Shown piece after piece: positions 8,503-18,320 of a DNA stretch of 64,000 bases. The notes under the pieces were generated by a model. The model saw only the letters and a program-made list of their open reading frames with translations, made no database searches and was not told where the DNA came from. Both the position numbers and the translations under genes were made by a program. The stretch covers positions 10,483 through 74,482 of the forward strand of contig JBEKVQ010000002.1 in assembly GCA_049997815.1 (NCBI GenBank), given 5' to 3'. Each line of letters begins with the position of its first letter. The stretch's first letter is position 1. The stretch comes from Minisyncoccia bacterium (GTDB lineage Bacteria; Patescibacteriota; Minisyncoccia; UBA6257; GWB1-50-10).

Positions 8503-11001
8503 ATGAACGATCTTTACTTCAAGGAACCGAAATTATCGCTTACCGCCGCCGGAGAATTTTTGGTGCGGCTCGTGACCTACTCCATTTATGCCCTGCTCGT
8601 CGCCTCGGTCGTCGTGCTCTTTCTTTCCGGTGCGGGCCCGCTCCAGTATCTTGCCCTTCTACTCTCGCTTTTCCTCATAGACCGGCTGCTTCACGTTAAC
8701 GATGGAGAGAGGAATCTTTCCGAGATTGGCGGCCGCAACAAAAATCTTTCCGAAGCGGTCGCGCCGGCCGCCTACCGCGCCCTAAGCCGGGCTTTTCGAA
8801 AGTCGTATATCGTCGGCCAGAATCTTCGCCTCCTCTTCTTGGTTGAATTGGCCGACAGAAAGGACGTCCGGGAGATATTGAAGCGGTTGGATGTGAAAGC
8901 GGATGAGTTTCAGAATAAGGCCCTGGAGTTTTTGGAAAGGGAGGGCAATGTTCCGAGTTCAAGCAAGACCGATAACCTGGCGGATGTCGCAAATCTGACC
9001 ATTGCGGCTTACGGAAGCGCCCTAAAGGCGAACGAGAGATTCATCGAGCCGAGAAATTTCCTTTCGGCGCTCGCCTCCACCGATGATCCGATCCTGAAAA
9101 CCTTCTTCAATCTTTTCAACCTGGAAGAAAAAGACATCCAAGCCGCGAGCGTTTTTGGCCGTTTTCGCCGTCTCTTCGGCCACCTCCGATTTTTGCCGGC
9201 GGTTCTCGGGGGGTTCGCTCAACAACCGAGATTCCTTCGGCATCGGGTGATGAACCGCGCCTGGACGGCCCGGCCAACCCCGACCTTGGACCAATTCAGC
9301 CGGGATCTCACCGATCTGGCGAGAGAAGAAAGGATAGGATTTTTGGTGGGACACGAGGATGAATTCAACGAACTGATCCAGGTTATCTCCCGTCCCGGCA
9401 AGCCCAATGTAATCCTGGTCGGCGAACCGGGAGCCGGCAAATCGTCCATCGTCGCTCATCTCGCCTTCCGAATGGTTAAAGACGAAGTCCCGCCGGTTCT
9501 TTTTGATAAGCGCTTGGTATCCCTGGAAATAAACCGGCTCGTCTCGAACGCCACGGGCGACGTTCTCTCCGGACGCCTTCAAAAAATAACCGAAGAAATT
9601 TTGAAAGCGGGGAACATCGTTCTTTTCATTCCCAATATGCACGACCTCTTCCGGACCGCCGAAGAGCAATCCTTAAATGCGATAGACATCATATTCCCCG
9701 TGGTGAAGGAAAACGCCATACCGGTCATAGGCGAAACCTATCCCAAGGAATTCAAAGAATTCATCGAACCGCGCTCGGATTTCATGGAACAGTTCGAGGT
9801 GGTGAACGTGAACGAGGTCTCGGAGGAAGATGCCGTGAAGTTTCTTACTTACGAGGGCCTGATACTGGAGCAGGAGTTCGGGGTGTTCATCACTTATCGC
9901 GCCATTCGGGAGGCGGTCGTTTTGGCTCACCGCTATCTTCGCACGAGGCCGCTGCCGGGAAGCGCCACCAATCTTTTGAAGATGGCCCTGACCGAGATGA
10001 AGGAAAACAAGGATAAGATCTTGAACGCCGATGACGTCGCCGCCGTGGCCGAGAAGCTCACTAAGATACCCATCCAAAAAGCCGGAAAACCGGAGGTCAA
10101 AAAATTACTGAATCTCGAGCAGGACATCCACGAGAAGTTCGTAGATCAAGACGTAGCGGTGCGTTCGGTTTCGCAGGCCCTTCGGGAATACCGGAGCGGA
10201 CTTACGCGGCAGGGCGGACCCATCGCCTCATTCCTCTTTGTCGGTCCCACGGGCGTCGGTAAAACGGAGTTGGCCAAAATTTTGGCCCAGATCCAGTTTG
10301 GTTCAAAGGATGCGATGGAGCGCTTCGATATGTCGGAGTACCAGGATAAGACCAGCGTCTTTCGGCTCATCGGCAATCCGGACGGTTCGAGAACCGGTTC
10401 CTTGACCGACGCGGTCATCGCGAAGCCGTTCTCTCTGGTATTGCTGGACGAGTTTGAAAAAGCCCATCCGGATATCCTGAATATCTTCCTTCAGGTTTTG
10501 GATGATGGGCGGCTTACCGACAGCCTGAATCGGACCGTGAACTTCGAGAATACCATTATTATTGCCACCTCGAACGCCCACTCCGAGTTCATAAAAGTGG
10601 AGACGGAAAAGGGACGGCCCGGCGAGGAAATAGCGGACGATCTCAAGAAGAAACTAACCGATTACTTCAAGCCGGAGCTTCTGAACCGCTTCTCGGATGT
10701 TATCGTCTTTCGGAATTTGAAGCCGGAAGAGATCGCCTCGGTGACGGTCTTTATGATGAAGGAGCTGGCGGGACTGCTCTCCGAAACCAACGGCATAGAA
10801 TTCTCCTGGGACGAGGCGGTTGTGGGCGAACTGGTCCGACTCGGCTACAGTCCGGTCTTCGGAGCGCGCCCGCTCCGGCAGACCATATCCGATGCGATTC
10901 GCAGCGTTCTTGCGGAAAAGATACTGAAGGAAGAGATAAAAAGAGGGGATAAGGTTCGCGCGGTTTTTGAAGGCGGAAAATTCGGGTTCAAGACCGGATA
11001 A
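8503..11001 (+). CDS. ClpA/B-like AAA+ ATPase with N-terminal TM helices
   Basis: Two AAA modules (GEPGAGKS; [28 protein letters not shown]); two N-terminal TM segments. Confidence 0.9.
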   Translation: MNDLYFKEPKLSLTAAGEFLVRLVTYSIYALLVASVVVLFLSGAGPLQYLALLLSLFLIDRLLHVNDGERNLSEIGGRNKNLSEAVAPAAYRALSRAFRKSYIVGQNLRLLFLVELADRKDVREILKRLDVKADEFQNKALEFLEREGNVPSSSKTDNLADVANLTIAAYGSALKANERFIEPRNFLSALASTDDPILKTFFNLFNLEEKDIQAASVFGRFRRLFGHLRFLPAVLGGFAQQPRFLRHRVMNRAWTARPTPTLDQFSRDLTDLAREERIGFLVGHEDEFNELIQVISRPGKPNVILVGEPGAGKSSIVAHLAFRMVKDEVPPVLFDKRLVSLEINRLVSNATGDVLSGRLQKITEEILKAGNIVLFIPNMHDLFRTAEEQSLNAIDIIFPVVKENAIPVIGETYPKEFKEFIEPRSDFMEQFEVVNVNEVSEEDAVKFLTYEGLILEQEFGVFITYRAIREAVVLAHRYLRTRPLPGSATNLLKMALTEMKENKDKILNADDVAAVAEKLTKIPIQKAGKPEVKKLLNLEQDIHEKFVDQDVAVRSVSQALREYRSGLTRQGGPIASFLFVGPTGVGKTELAKILAQIQFGSKDAMERFDMSEYQDKTSVFRLIGNPDGSRTGSLTDAVIAKPFSLVLLDEFEKAHPDILNIFLQVLDDGRLTDSLNRTVNFENTIIIATSNAHSEFIKVETEKGRPGEEIADDLKKKLTDYFKPELLNRFSDVIVFRNLKPEEIASVTVFMMKELAGLLSETNGIEFSWDEAVVGELVRLGYSPVFGARPLRQTISDAIRSVLAEKILKEEIKRGDKVRAVFEGGKFGFKTG

Positions 11002-11019
11002 GAGCGCATAATTTTCAAA

Positions 11020-11691
11020 ATGAGATTCAGCGTCAATGTAAATTTTAATCTCAGGGACCTTAAGGTGAACCGGCTCATTCGGTTCTTTGTGATATCCGAC
11101 CTTTTCTTCTGGAGCGGGTGGGGACTCTTAACGCCCATCTTCGCCATCTTCATAATCGACCGCATCCCGGGGGCCTCGGTACTTACGGTCGGTATCGCCT
11201 CGGCCGTTTACTGGGTGGTCAAGGCGTTATTCCAGATGCCGGTAGCCCTCTATTTGGACAAGCATGAGGGGGAGCGGGATGATTTCCATGCGCTCGTCTC
11301 CGGCTTGATTTTGGGCGGAATAACGGCCTTCTCGTTCTTGCTTGTGGATAGCGCGGCCGGTTTGTACTTCGTCGTATTTCTCCAGGCCCTGGCTTTCGGT
11401 TTGTACACGCCGGCCTGGTCAGCGATTTTTTCCCGACATCTGGACAAGAAGAACTATGCCTTCGATTGGTCGCTCGACAACACCGTAATAGGCCTGGCCT
11501 TGGGCATAACCGCATTTCTCGGCGCCGCCCTGGCCGACGTCTTCGGCTTTGAGGCCATATTCGTCGTTACCGGAGTACTGTCCTTCATAAGCGCGCTGAT
11601 ACTCATCTTTGTTCCCGATCTGATACTGCCGGAAGTTAAGAGCGAGTCGGCGATAATCCAAGACCATAAACCGGCCAATATTGGAAAATGA
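11020..11691 (+). CDS. Half-size MFS-type transporter
   Basis: Six TM segments, MFS-like motif around YLDKHEGER. Confidence 0.8.
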   Translation: MRFSVNVNFNLRDLKVNRLIRFFVISDLFFWSGWGLLTPIFAIFIIDRIPGASVLTVGIASAVYWVVKALFQMPVALYLDKHEGERDDFHALVSGLILGGITAFSFLLVDSAAGLYFVVFLQALAFGLYTPAWSAIFSRHLDKKNYAFDWSLDNTVIGLALGITAFLGAALADVFGFEAIFVVTGVLSFISALILIFVPDLILPEVKSESAIIQDHKPANIGK

Positions 11692-12173
11692 ATCCGTCAC
11701 CGAACAGGGAGATATCCGCGGGCGTCATAATCTACCGCCGTACGGGCGAGGGACCCAAGTTCCTGATACTTTACAACGGAGGCCCGTACTGGAACTTTCC
11801 GAAGGGAAAGCTGGCCGAAGGAGAACGGAGTTTCCGGGCGGCGCTTCGGGAGGTCTGGGAAGAGACCGGCTTGAGTTTCCGCGACCTCAAGTTTTCCGAA
11901 AGATTCAAGGTTGAAGACAACTTCGTTTATGTGAGGAACAAGCAAAAGATATACAAGACCGTCACTTACTATCTGGCCGAAACTGGGAATCCCTACGTCC
12001 GGCTGAAGATAAAGCCAGAGAGCGTTCCCGGGGAGAAGCATCAGGGCTATGGCTGGTTCCTGTACCGGGATGCCATGCGGATTTTGAAGGCCCCAAATCT
12101 GAGGAATAGTTTGAAAAAGGCCCACGACCTCGTCTCCAACAGGAAAAGTTTCCCGCCTAGCCAGAAAAAATAA
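11688..12173 (+). CDS. NUDIX hydrolase (Ap4A hydrolase-like)
   Basis: SAGVII, WNFPKGKL...AALREVWEETG Nudix box. Confidence 0.9.
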   Translation: MNPSPNREISAGVIIYRRTGEGPKFLILYNGGPYWNFPKGKLAEGERSFRAALREVWEETGLSFRDLKFSERFKVEDNFVYVRNKQKIYKTVTYYLAETGNPYVRLKIKPESVPGEKHQGYGWFLYRDAMRILKAPNLRNSLKKAHDLVSNRKSFPPSQKK

Positions 12174-12380
12174 AACCCCAAATCCTTGTTACTTGGATTT
12201 GGGGCACGGGACCACATCGGGATTCTCTTCGTCTCGCAAGTCGGCTGATCAGAAGACGAAACCTCCGATAATGGTTAATGATTGTTTCATGGTATACACT
12301 CCTTTCGAGCGAGTTTCCCCATGAAAGCGCGTGGTCATCGACTGACGGCCACATGAAGATCTTAGCAAACCCGGGTAAAG

Positions 12381-12408
12381 AAACAACCCCACGGAAAGGG
12401 GTTGTTTT
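12381..12408. terminator. Intrinsic terminator after rplT
   Basis: AAACAACCCC-ACGGAAA-GGGGTTGTTT hairpin with flanking A/T runs. Confidence 0.65.
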
Positions 12409-12753
12409 TCATTTCACGAAGTCAACGATTTTCTTAAAAATTTTCGGTTCGTTCTGGGCTAGGTCGGCGAGAATTTTTCTGTCCAACCCGACGTTCTTTT
12501 TCTTCAGGGCATTTATGAACTGGTTATAGTTCATTCCCTCTTGCCTGACGGCCGCATTTATCTGGACTTGCCAGAGCCGGCGGTAGTCGCGTTTCTTTTC
12601 TTTTCTTCCCTTGAACATGCGCGAGAGGCCGTGAAGCAACGCTTCCGAAGCCGCTCGTTCTTTGGATTTGCGGTCCCAGCGGTAGCCCTTCGTGAGCTTC
12701 AGTAATCTCTCTCTTTTTTTGTGGGAAGAAACTCCCCGTTTTACTCTCGGCAT
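12409..12753 (-). CDS. rplT: 50S ribosomal protein L20
   Basis: MPRVKRG...RRLWQVQINAA...LDRKILADLA. Confidence 0.98.
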   Translation of the reverse strand: MPRVKRGVSSHKKRERLLKLTKGYRWDRKSKERAASEALLHGLSRMFKGRKEKKRDYRRLWQVQINAAVRQEGMNYNQFINALKKKNVGLDRKILADLAQNEPKIFKKIVDFVK

Positions 12754-12759
12754 TCGTGT

Positions 12760-12930
12760 TTAAAAATAGGTTTTTACTTTTTTGACATGGATGTCCAAAT
12801 CGCGCTGAATCTTCTTGCGCTGCATCTGGATGGAATTCTTGTTGGCGCGGGAGTGGCCTAGGGTCGTGGCCCGATGCAGGATTTTTCCCGATTTCTTCAC
12901 TTTTATTCTCTTTGAGACGCTCTTGTGCAT
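12760..12930 (-). CDS. rpmI: 50S ribosomal protein L35 (56 aa, absent from ORF track)
   Basis: Manual translation MHKSVSKRIKVKKSGKILHRATTLGHSRANK...; sits between infC and rplT. Confidence 0.92.
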   Translation of the reverse strand: MHKSVSKRIKVKKSGKILHRATTLGHSRANKNSIQMQRKKIQRDLDIHVKKVKTYF

Positions 12931-12932
12931 TT

Positions 12933-13433
12933 TTATTTCTTCACTATCTGGGCCAGAAATCCCCGGCCGCCCTGTTTCGGTTCCATCGTTATCTCGTGCG
13001 AAACGGTAATCATATTAATGAACTCCCTCATTTTTTTCAAGGCCCACTCCTTGTTCGCCTTCTCGCGTCCCCGCAGGAACAAGCTGATGGTCACCTTATG
13101 CCCGTCGTTAAGGAAGTCCTCGGCCTTCCTGGCCTTTATCTGAAGGTCGTTCAGGGCCGAGCGGGGAGTTATCTGGACCTGCTTCAACTCCTTCTGTTTC
13201 TGGGCATTCCGCTGTTTTCTTTCCTCCTTTCCCTGCTGGTAGCGGAACTTGTCGAAACTCATTATTCGCGCGACCGGCGGCTGGGCCATGGGCGCGATTT
13301 CGATAAGGTCTAAGGACTTTTCTTTGGCTAAAGCCAAGGCATCTTCCCTTTTCATTACCCCCAGGTTATCTCCCGTTTCGCCGATAACCCTGAGCTCCTT
13401 GGCGATTATTTGATTGTTGATTCGGTTTTGTAT
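12933..13433 (-). CDS. infC: Translation initiation factor IF-3 (probable non-AUG ATA start)
   Basis: RINNQI..ELRVI, LDLIEIAP..PPVARI, FLRGRE; no ATG near the start of homology. Confidence 0.95.
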   Translation of the reverse strand: MQNRINNQIIAKELRVIGETGDNLGVMKREDALALAKEKSLDLIEIAPMAQPPVARIMSFDKFRYQQGKEERKQRNAQKQKELKQVQITPRSALNDLQIKARKAEDFLNDGHKVTISLFLRGREKANKEWALKKMREFINMITVSHEITMEPKQGGRGFLAQIVKK

Positions 13434-13475
13434 GAAAAAATGATAACAGGTATGGTCCGGGAATTCAAACGCAAC

Positions 13476-13509
13476 AAAAAAGACCTCTTGTGCAAAGCAA
13501 CAAGAGGTC
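13476..13509 (-). terminator. Attenuator-like terminator in the infC-rpmI-rplT leader
   Basis: Minus strand GACCTCTTG-loop-CAAGAGGTC followed by TTTTTT, upstream of infC. Confidence 0.65.
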
Positions 13510-13716
13510 GATGTAAATAAACTTTCGATTGGCACTACCAATTTTATGCGAGACCTTTTTGGGGGTCAGGTTTACTCTGTATTTGCAGTGCCAAGGAGCT
13601 TACTTTAAGTATAGCACTCCTCCTAGGAATACAAGTGCCCGACTGTGGATAACTGAAATCCAGGCCAATAATCGCGGAAACAAGCGGGTAAAACAGCTAT
13701 TTGTTATATTTATATT

Positions 13717-14184
13717 ATGAGATGGAAACTGCCGCCGAAGATAAAAATATACGAAGCGCTGGGAACGCTCGGGGATGGGCGGCTCGAAATTTCCGGAAAT
13801 TCTGCGAAAGTTCGTTCATCGAGCGGAAATAAATTCTATTCGGTCGCCTACGACCCGAAGGCGAATGCCATCACTTCGAACGATAACAGCTCATACTGGG
13901 TTGGCTACTTGGGCTATCCGGCCATAGCATTCCTCTTATCTAAAGGGGTTATTGATTATAAACCAAAATTTGCCGAAGCACTCGGGGGAATTCCGTGGAA
14001 GGAAGTGAACACTAAATTCAAGAACGATTTTGAAAAGACGGAGGGGTACATTAAAGATGTTTTGAAGAAGAAAGACATAGATGTGGGAAGATTTTCCGAA
14101 GAGATAGAAAAGATTTATGGTGAAATTAAAAAGCTTAAGCTGAATAAACTAGGAATAACCCCAAAACCTCCGGCGGGATACTAA
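13717..14184 (+). CDS. Conserved hypothetical protein
   Basis: 155-aa ORF, WKLPPKIKIYEALG...SNDN..GYLGYP. Confidence 0.8.
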   Translation: MRWKLPPKIKIYEALGTLGDGRLEISGNSAKVRSSSGNKFYSVAYDPKANAITSNDNSSYWVGYLGYPAIAFLLSKGVIDYKPKFAEALGGIPWKEVNTKFKNDFEKTEGYIKDVLKKKDIDVGRFSEEIEKIYGEIKKLKLNKLGITPKPPAGY

Positions 14185-14214
14185 AAACCTCGGCCATGAC
14201 CGTGTTTTTGGTTC

Positions 14215-14616
14215 CTATTCACTCGTTTTCCCGTTGAAATGGTCTCTATTTTCGTCCGCTTCCGCCTGGGCCTTAGTGATGTGAATGACGCCGTCTATGT
14301 GGTTCGGCGGGGAGTAGACCGTGTAGAGCTTCATTTTTCTGTCGGCCGAAGTGTTTATGACGTTATGCAGCGTGCCGGCCGGCACTACGATGGCCGAACC
14401 GTCCTCGATCACGTGTTCCACGCCATCCAGAACCGCCTTGCCCGTTCCCTCCTCGATTCTCAAAAATTGGTCTAGGCCATGCACCTCCGCGCCGATCTCC
14501 TCGCCGGGCTGAAGGGCCATCAGAACCAGCTGGCTGTAGCGGGCGGTGTAAATGACCTTTCTGAAATTTTCATTCTCCTTCGCCAGTTTCTCAATATTTT
14601 CTACGTATCCTTTCAT
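14215..14616 (-). CDS. Cupin domain protein
   Basis: QLVLMAL.PGEEIGAEVH, PAGTLHNVIN, KLYTVYSPPNH. Confidence 0.92.
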   Translation of the reverse strand: MKGYVENIEKLAKENENFRKVIYTARYSQLVLMALQPGEEIGAEVHGLDQFLRIEEGTGKAVLDGVEHVIEDGSAIVVPAGTLHNVINTSADRKMKLYTVYSPPNHIDGVIHITKAQAEADENRDHFNGKTSE

Positions 14617-14846
14617 ATTTTTGCTTTGTTATCGGCCTTTAAAACATTATAGCCCAAAACATATTTAAACTCGATTCGTCGGCGACAAAACCGCCGATTA
14701 GGCGGCATTTTATTTTGTGGAAATGAGTACCTAAAAATGGAACTAGGGGAATATCTAATGAAACTGCCAAAATTAATCAATAAAGAATCTCTCTGGGTAA
14801 TAAAATAGCCAAGAACCTCACGGTCCCTGGCTAGTACTTGAAATCG

Positions 14847-16010
14847 CTAATATGTCCGGCTGAAAGCTCTTTTCTGTTTGCCGGACTTATGGGTATACCC
14901 GATTACGGTGAAGCGCTTCTTTGAAAATGGCGACCTCTTGATCTTGTACCCGAAAATATCGGAATTTTCGCAATGTACTAGGCCGATTACGCTGTCGTCG
15001 ACCGCCACTCCCTGTCTCGACTCGAAGTATCTTCTGTCCTGACCTTCCGGCGGAAGAATAATCTCTGCTGCTACGCGGCCATCTGGTAGGAACTTAACAT
15101 GTGTGACGGTATCGAACCTGTTTTCCCATAGCTTACCATCAACTGCGACGGTTTCAGTTCTAGAACCAAGTTTCTCGACAGAAACGGGGATTGCGACCCT
15201 GCCATTCTCATCAAACGCCATCCAGAATCCATCGACGGTAACGAAATCCGTTCCCCATGCCTTGCCATCAACAGCGATCGTCCATCGCGGCTTCAATCCT
15301 CGCTGCTGGATACTCAGACTTGTCGTGAGCGGAACCACGCATTTGCCGTTCGGGGTAAAATGCGGCTGGAATATTTGCTGATTGTTTATGTATGCGTGAT
15401 TAGCACACAGCATAAATGAGTCTGACGCACTGTCGCCGCTATAACGTTCCGGCACCAGGCAAGCCAATGAATCCCATGGTTTATCATCAGCGACAACCAC
15501 CACTTTTCTGTCTCGGATCACGGTGACTGCCAGTCTTCGGCTGTCTGGACTGAATTTGGGAGTTCTCCAATAAAACTCCTCATCGAATGAGGTTCCCCAC
15601 AATTCGTCGTTGACGGCGATCCTAAACTTGCCATTCTCCTTGACAACAGCAGCTAAGCGATTGCCATCGGGGCTTAGTGTAAGAATGTACACCTTGTCGA
15701 ACCAATGGCTCCATGGTCGGGCACCCTCCATAACAATCGTTTCTTTAATCATTCCATCGTTCTCGATCGCTCCATCATGCTCATCAAACTTCGCCTTAAT
15801 GACAGCGACCAATCTTCTTGTCAGTTGATTTGGACATATGCCGTAGTATTGTGCGTCTACCATTTGATATCTTACTCCCTCAAAAAGGTGGCCGCTGCAC
15901 ATATCCTCAAGACAAATTCCTCCTATGGCGATCGATCGATGCAATACCACCTCGGGATTAGATTTCCGGTAAAGATGGTAATCAACCGTATCCTGCCGTT
16001 TCGATTTCAC
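14847..16010 (-). CDS. Beta-propeller-like (WD40/PD40-type repeats) hypothetical protein
   Basis: Repeated [LF]SPDG/FTPNG and AVDGK.W...FD units; GGAGG RBS before GTG. Confidence 0.7.
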   Translation of the reverse strand: MKSKRQDTVDYHLYRKSNPEVVLHRSIAIGGICLEDMCSGHLFEGVRYQMVDAQYYGICPNQLTRRLVAVIKAKFDEHDGAIENDGMIKETIVMEGARPWSHWFDKVYILTLSPDGNRLAAVVKENGKFRIAVNDELWGTSFDEEFYWRTPKFSPDSRRLAVTVIRDRKVVVVADDKPWDSLACLVPERYSGDSASDSFMLCANHAYINNQQIFQPHFTPNGKCVVPLTTSLSIQQRGLKPRWTIAVDGKAWGTDFVTVDGFWMAFDENGRVAIPVSVEKLGSRTETVAVDGKLWENRFDTVTHVKFLPDGRVAAEIILPPEGQDRRYFESRQGVAVDDSVIGLVHCENSDIFGYKIKRSPFSKKRFTVIGYTHKSGKQKRAFSRTY

Positions 16011-16198
16011 CTCAGCCTCCTATTGGTTTGTTAAACTAAGTGATTTATAAAATTCTTTTGGAATCAAAAATCACGGTTCCATTCTGTCTGCATTATACAA
16101 CTAAATATGTAAGATGTCAAATCATGTTCAACCCCCATTAATCAAGAAACTAACGCAAAACAACCCTTATTTATCAGGGTCAGACGCAGTTTTTAACC

Positions 16199-16326
16199 GT
16201 GGAGATGGCGAGAATTGGCCTCGCCTCTCGCTCTGCTCGGGCTGGCCACCGCCTCGCGTGCCTTCGGCACATGCTCCGGCGTTCAATTCCGCCCGCAAGA
16301 CAAGCAGTTGTCTTGCTCATCTCCCC
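16199..16326. repeat. Direct plus inverted duplication of tmRNA 3' end
   Basis: 16199-16217 is identical to 16371-16389; inverted, interrupted copy at 16281-16326. Confidence 0.8.
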
Positions 16327-16371
16327 ATGAAACCAAAATATCCATAGGCAAGCTATGGACATTTTGATTTG

Positions 16372-16683
16372 TGGAGATGGCGAGAATTGAACTCGCGTAC
16401 GGAACGATTCGGCAAACGTTTCTACAAGTTTATTCCCTCGGTTGCCCTTGGGACGGTTTTGCTTTCCTGTTTTAGCGAAGGATACGGAAAGCGGATCTCC
16501 TCCGCGAACTCACGATATGACACCGGTTGATCCCTAGTGAGTATCAGGGCCGATGCGGCATTACGCGAAGGCGAATGCCGGAGCTACCGTTTTGTTGGCA
16601 GTTATCTTAGAGGCCGTTTTAGTGAGCGGCCGCCTCAGCTTGCTGCGCCTGCGTCGTCTATCCCGTCGAAGCCGATCATCCCC
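16372..16683 (-). ncRNA. ssrA: tmRNA; tag peptide ANKTVAPAFAFA*
   Basis: 5' GGGGATGA..GGCTTCGAC, 3' T-arm GTTCAATTC and acceptor CATCTCCA; ATAACT-GCC resume context; immediately downstream of smpB. Confidence 0.96.
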
Positions 16684-16699
16684 ATATTTTGTTTTTAAC

Positions 16700-17143
16700 T
16701 TACTCTCGGAGGGCGCGTTCGATCTCCTTCTTGGTCTCTCTCTTCCTGATGATTTCACGCTTATCCGATTTCTTGAGGGGTTTGCCCAATCCTAGTTTGA
16801 TTTTGATAAGGCCGCGCTTAGTGTAGACCTCGAGCGGCAGGAGCGTCAAACCCTTCTCATGAAGCTTGCCCGAAAGGTAGCTCGTCTCTTTTTTGGTGAG
16901 CAAAAGCCGCCGGGAGCGCGCCGGGTCATATTCTTTTGGGGTGTTCTTGGGTTGATAGGGCGGGATGTGGGAATTCAAAAGCCACACCTCGTTATGGCGG
17001 ATGACCGCGTAGCTGCCCGCTATCTGCATGTGGCCGTTTTTGACGGCTTTTACCTCGTAGCCCTTCAGTTCTATGCCCGCCTCGAACTTCTCCTCTATCT
17101 CGTAATCGAAGTTCGCGCGCTTGTTGAATGCCAAAGACGACAT
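16700..17143 (-). CDS. smpB: SsrA-binding protein
   Basis: NKRANFDY...EAGIELKGYEVK...RRLLL...DKRE. Confidence 0.98.
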   Translation of the reverse strand: MSSLAFNKRANFDYEIEEKFEAGIELKGYEVKAVKNGHMQIAGSYAVIRHNEVWLLNSHIPPYQPKNTPKEYDPARSRRLLLTKKETSYLSGKLHEKGLTLLPLEVYTKRGLIKIKLGLGKPLKKSDKREIIRKRETKKEIERALRE

Positions 17144-17188
17144 GTTTATATTCTAGCGATTTTTTATACAAAAAGGTAAATTTACACT

Positions 17189-18229
17189 ATGAGCATAGAA
17201 GGGAAAACGCATTTTGAGCGGGTCATTGGTGGAACTCAGGAAGATAGGGATAAAGCGTTGCAAGAGCTTCAGGAAATGTTTGAGAACAAGTCCGAGGTAT
17301 TGATGAAACACGAACTTGAGAAGACCGAGGAAGATATAGATATAATCAATAGGACCGCTTCGATTGTGGATGAAATCGTGTCCGAATACGGCGGGGAACC
17401 TAAAGCCATACCCATCGACAAGATCCACATTCTGAAACCGAACAGCGTTTATGAAATGACTGGTGGGAAACTTGCCTCTGGTATCCATAAGGCCCTTAGT
17501 CAGAATATCGGGGTTGAAAAAAGAGAATCTAACCTCCTGTTTTCCGGTTCTATCGCCCACGAACTTTTTCACTCAAAATCCTACAAATCCGCCAGAATCG
17601 ATAACCCAAGCGAGGGCGCACGGCTGTATCGTTTTGGCATTTCCATGACGGGTAAGAGGAATGCAGATACGGAAGCCGAAGAAGAAAGGTGGTATTTCAG
17701 CGTACTAGAAGAAGCAATCGTTTCGGAGTGTACGAATAAGTTTTTTGATCGGGTAAGGCCCGATTCGTTGTTTGCCGACGAAATAAAAGCATCCGACATG
17801 ATACGGGCATGGATCACGGATTTTTATCGCAAATCCGGGATGCCGGAAGAAAGGATAAAGTTAATCAGCGACGAATTAAAAAGTGTGCCGGGCGCTCAAG
17901 AGATCGTAGAGCGGACCCTGTCTTATTCTGAAAGAGAGGAACAAAGATCTGCTTTTGCCGCCGGGATAATAGGTCGGCTGGTTGAAGATAAAAAAATTGA
18001 GGGATTGGGTAGATATGAAGAAAGGACAAAATTATACAAGTTGCTTGATGAGATCATAGAGAAGTCGGGTGGGGAGTTTAAGGAAAGAGAGGAAATTTTC
18101 GCCGAGTTCGCAAAAGCAAATTTCAGCGGCAAATACTTTAAAATAGCTCGCATTATCGAGGGAGTGTTGGGAGAGGGCTCATTCAGGCGCCTAGCGGAAG
18201 AGTTTTCTACTAAACCCAAGAGGGTTTAA
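17189..18229 (+). CDS. Hypothetical protein with HExxH metalloprotease-like motif
   Basis: IAHELFH followed by LEEAI (gluzincin-like third ligand). Confidence 0.7.
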   Translation: MSIEGKTHFERVIGGTQEDRDKALQELQEMFENKSEVLMKHELEKTEEDIDIINRTASIVDEIVSEYGGEPKAIPIDKIHILKPNSVYEMTGGKLASGIHKALSQNIGVEKRESNLLFSGSIAHELFHSKSYKSARIDNPSEGARLYRFGISMTGKRNADTEAEEERWYFSVLEEAIVSECTNKFFDRVRPDSLFADEIKASDMIRAWITDFYRKSGMPEERIKLISDELKSVPGAQEIVERTLSYSEREEQRSAFAAGIIGRLVEDKKIEGLGRYEERTKLYKLLDEIIEKSGGEFKEREEIFAEFAKANFSGKYFKIARIIEGVLGEGSFRRLAEEFSTKPKRV

Positions 18230-18320
18230 GTCTGTTTTTATGCATTCTGGATTTATTCGCCTTTCTGGGGTTAGAATCTAAATAGGTCATCACAATCCAC
18301 CGGAAAGGAGAAAACGGGTT

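Noticed and set aside
16561-16758. 65-aa minus-strand ORF ending ANKTVAPAFAFA
   Set aside because: It is the tmRNA tag reading frame, not an independent gene.
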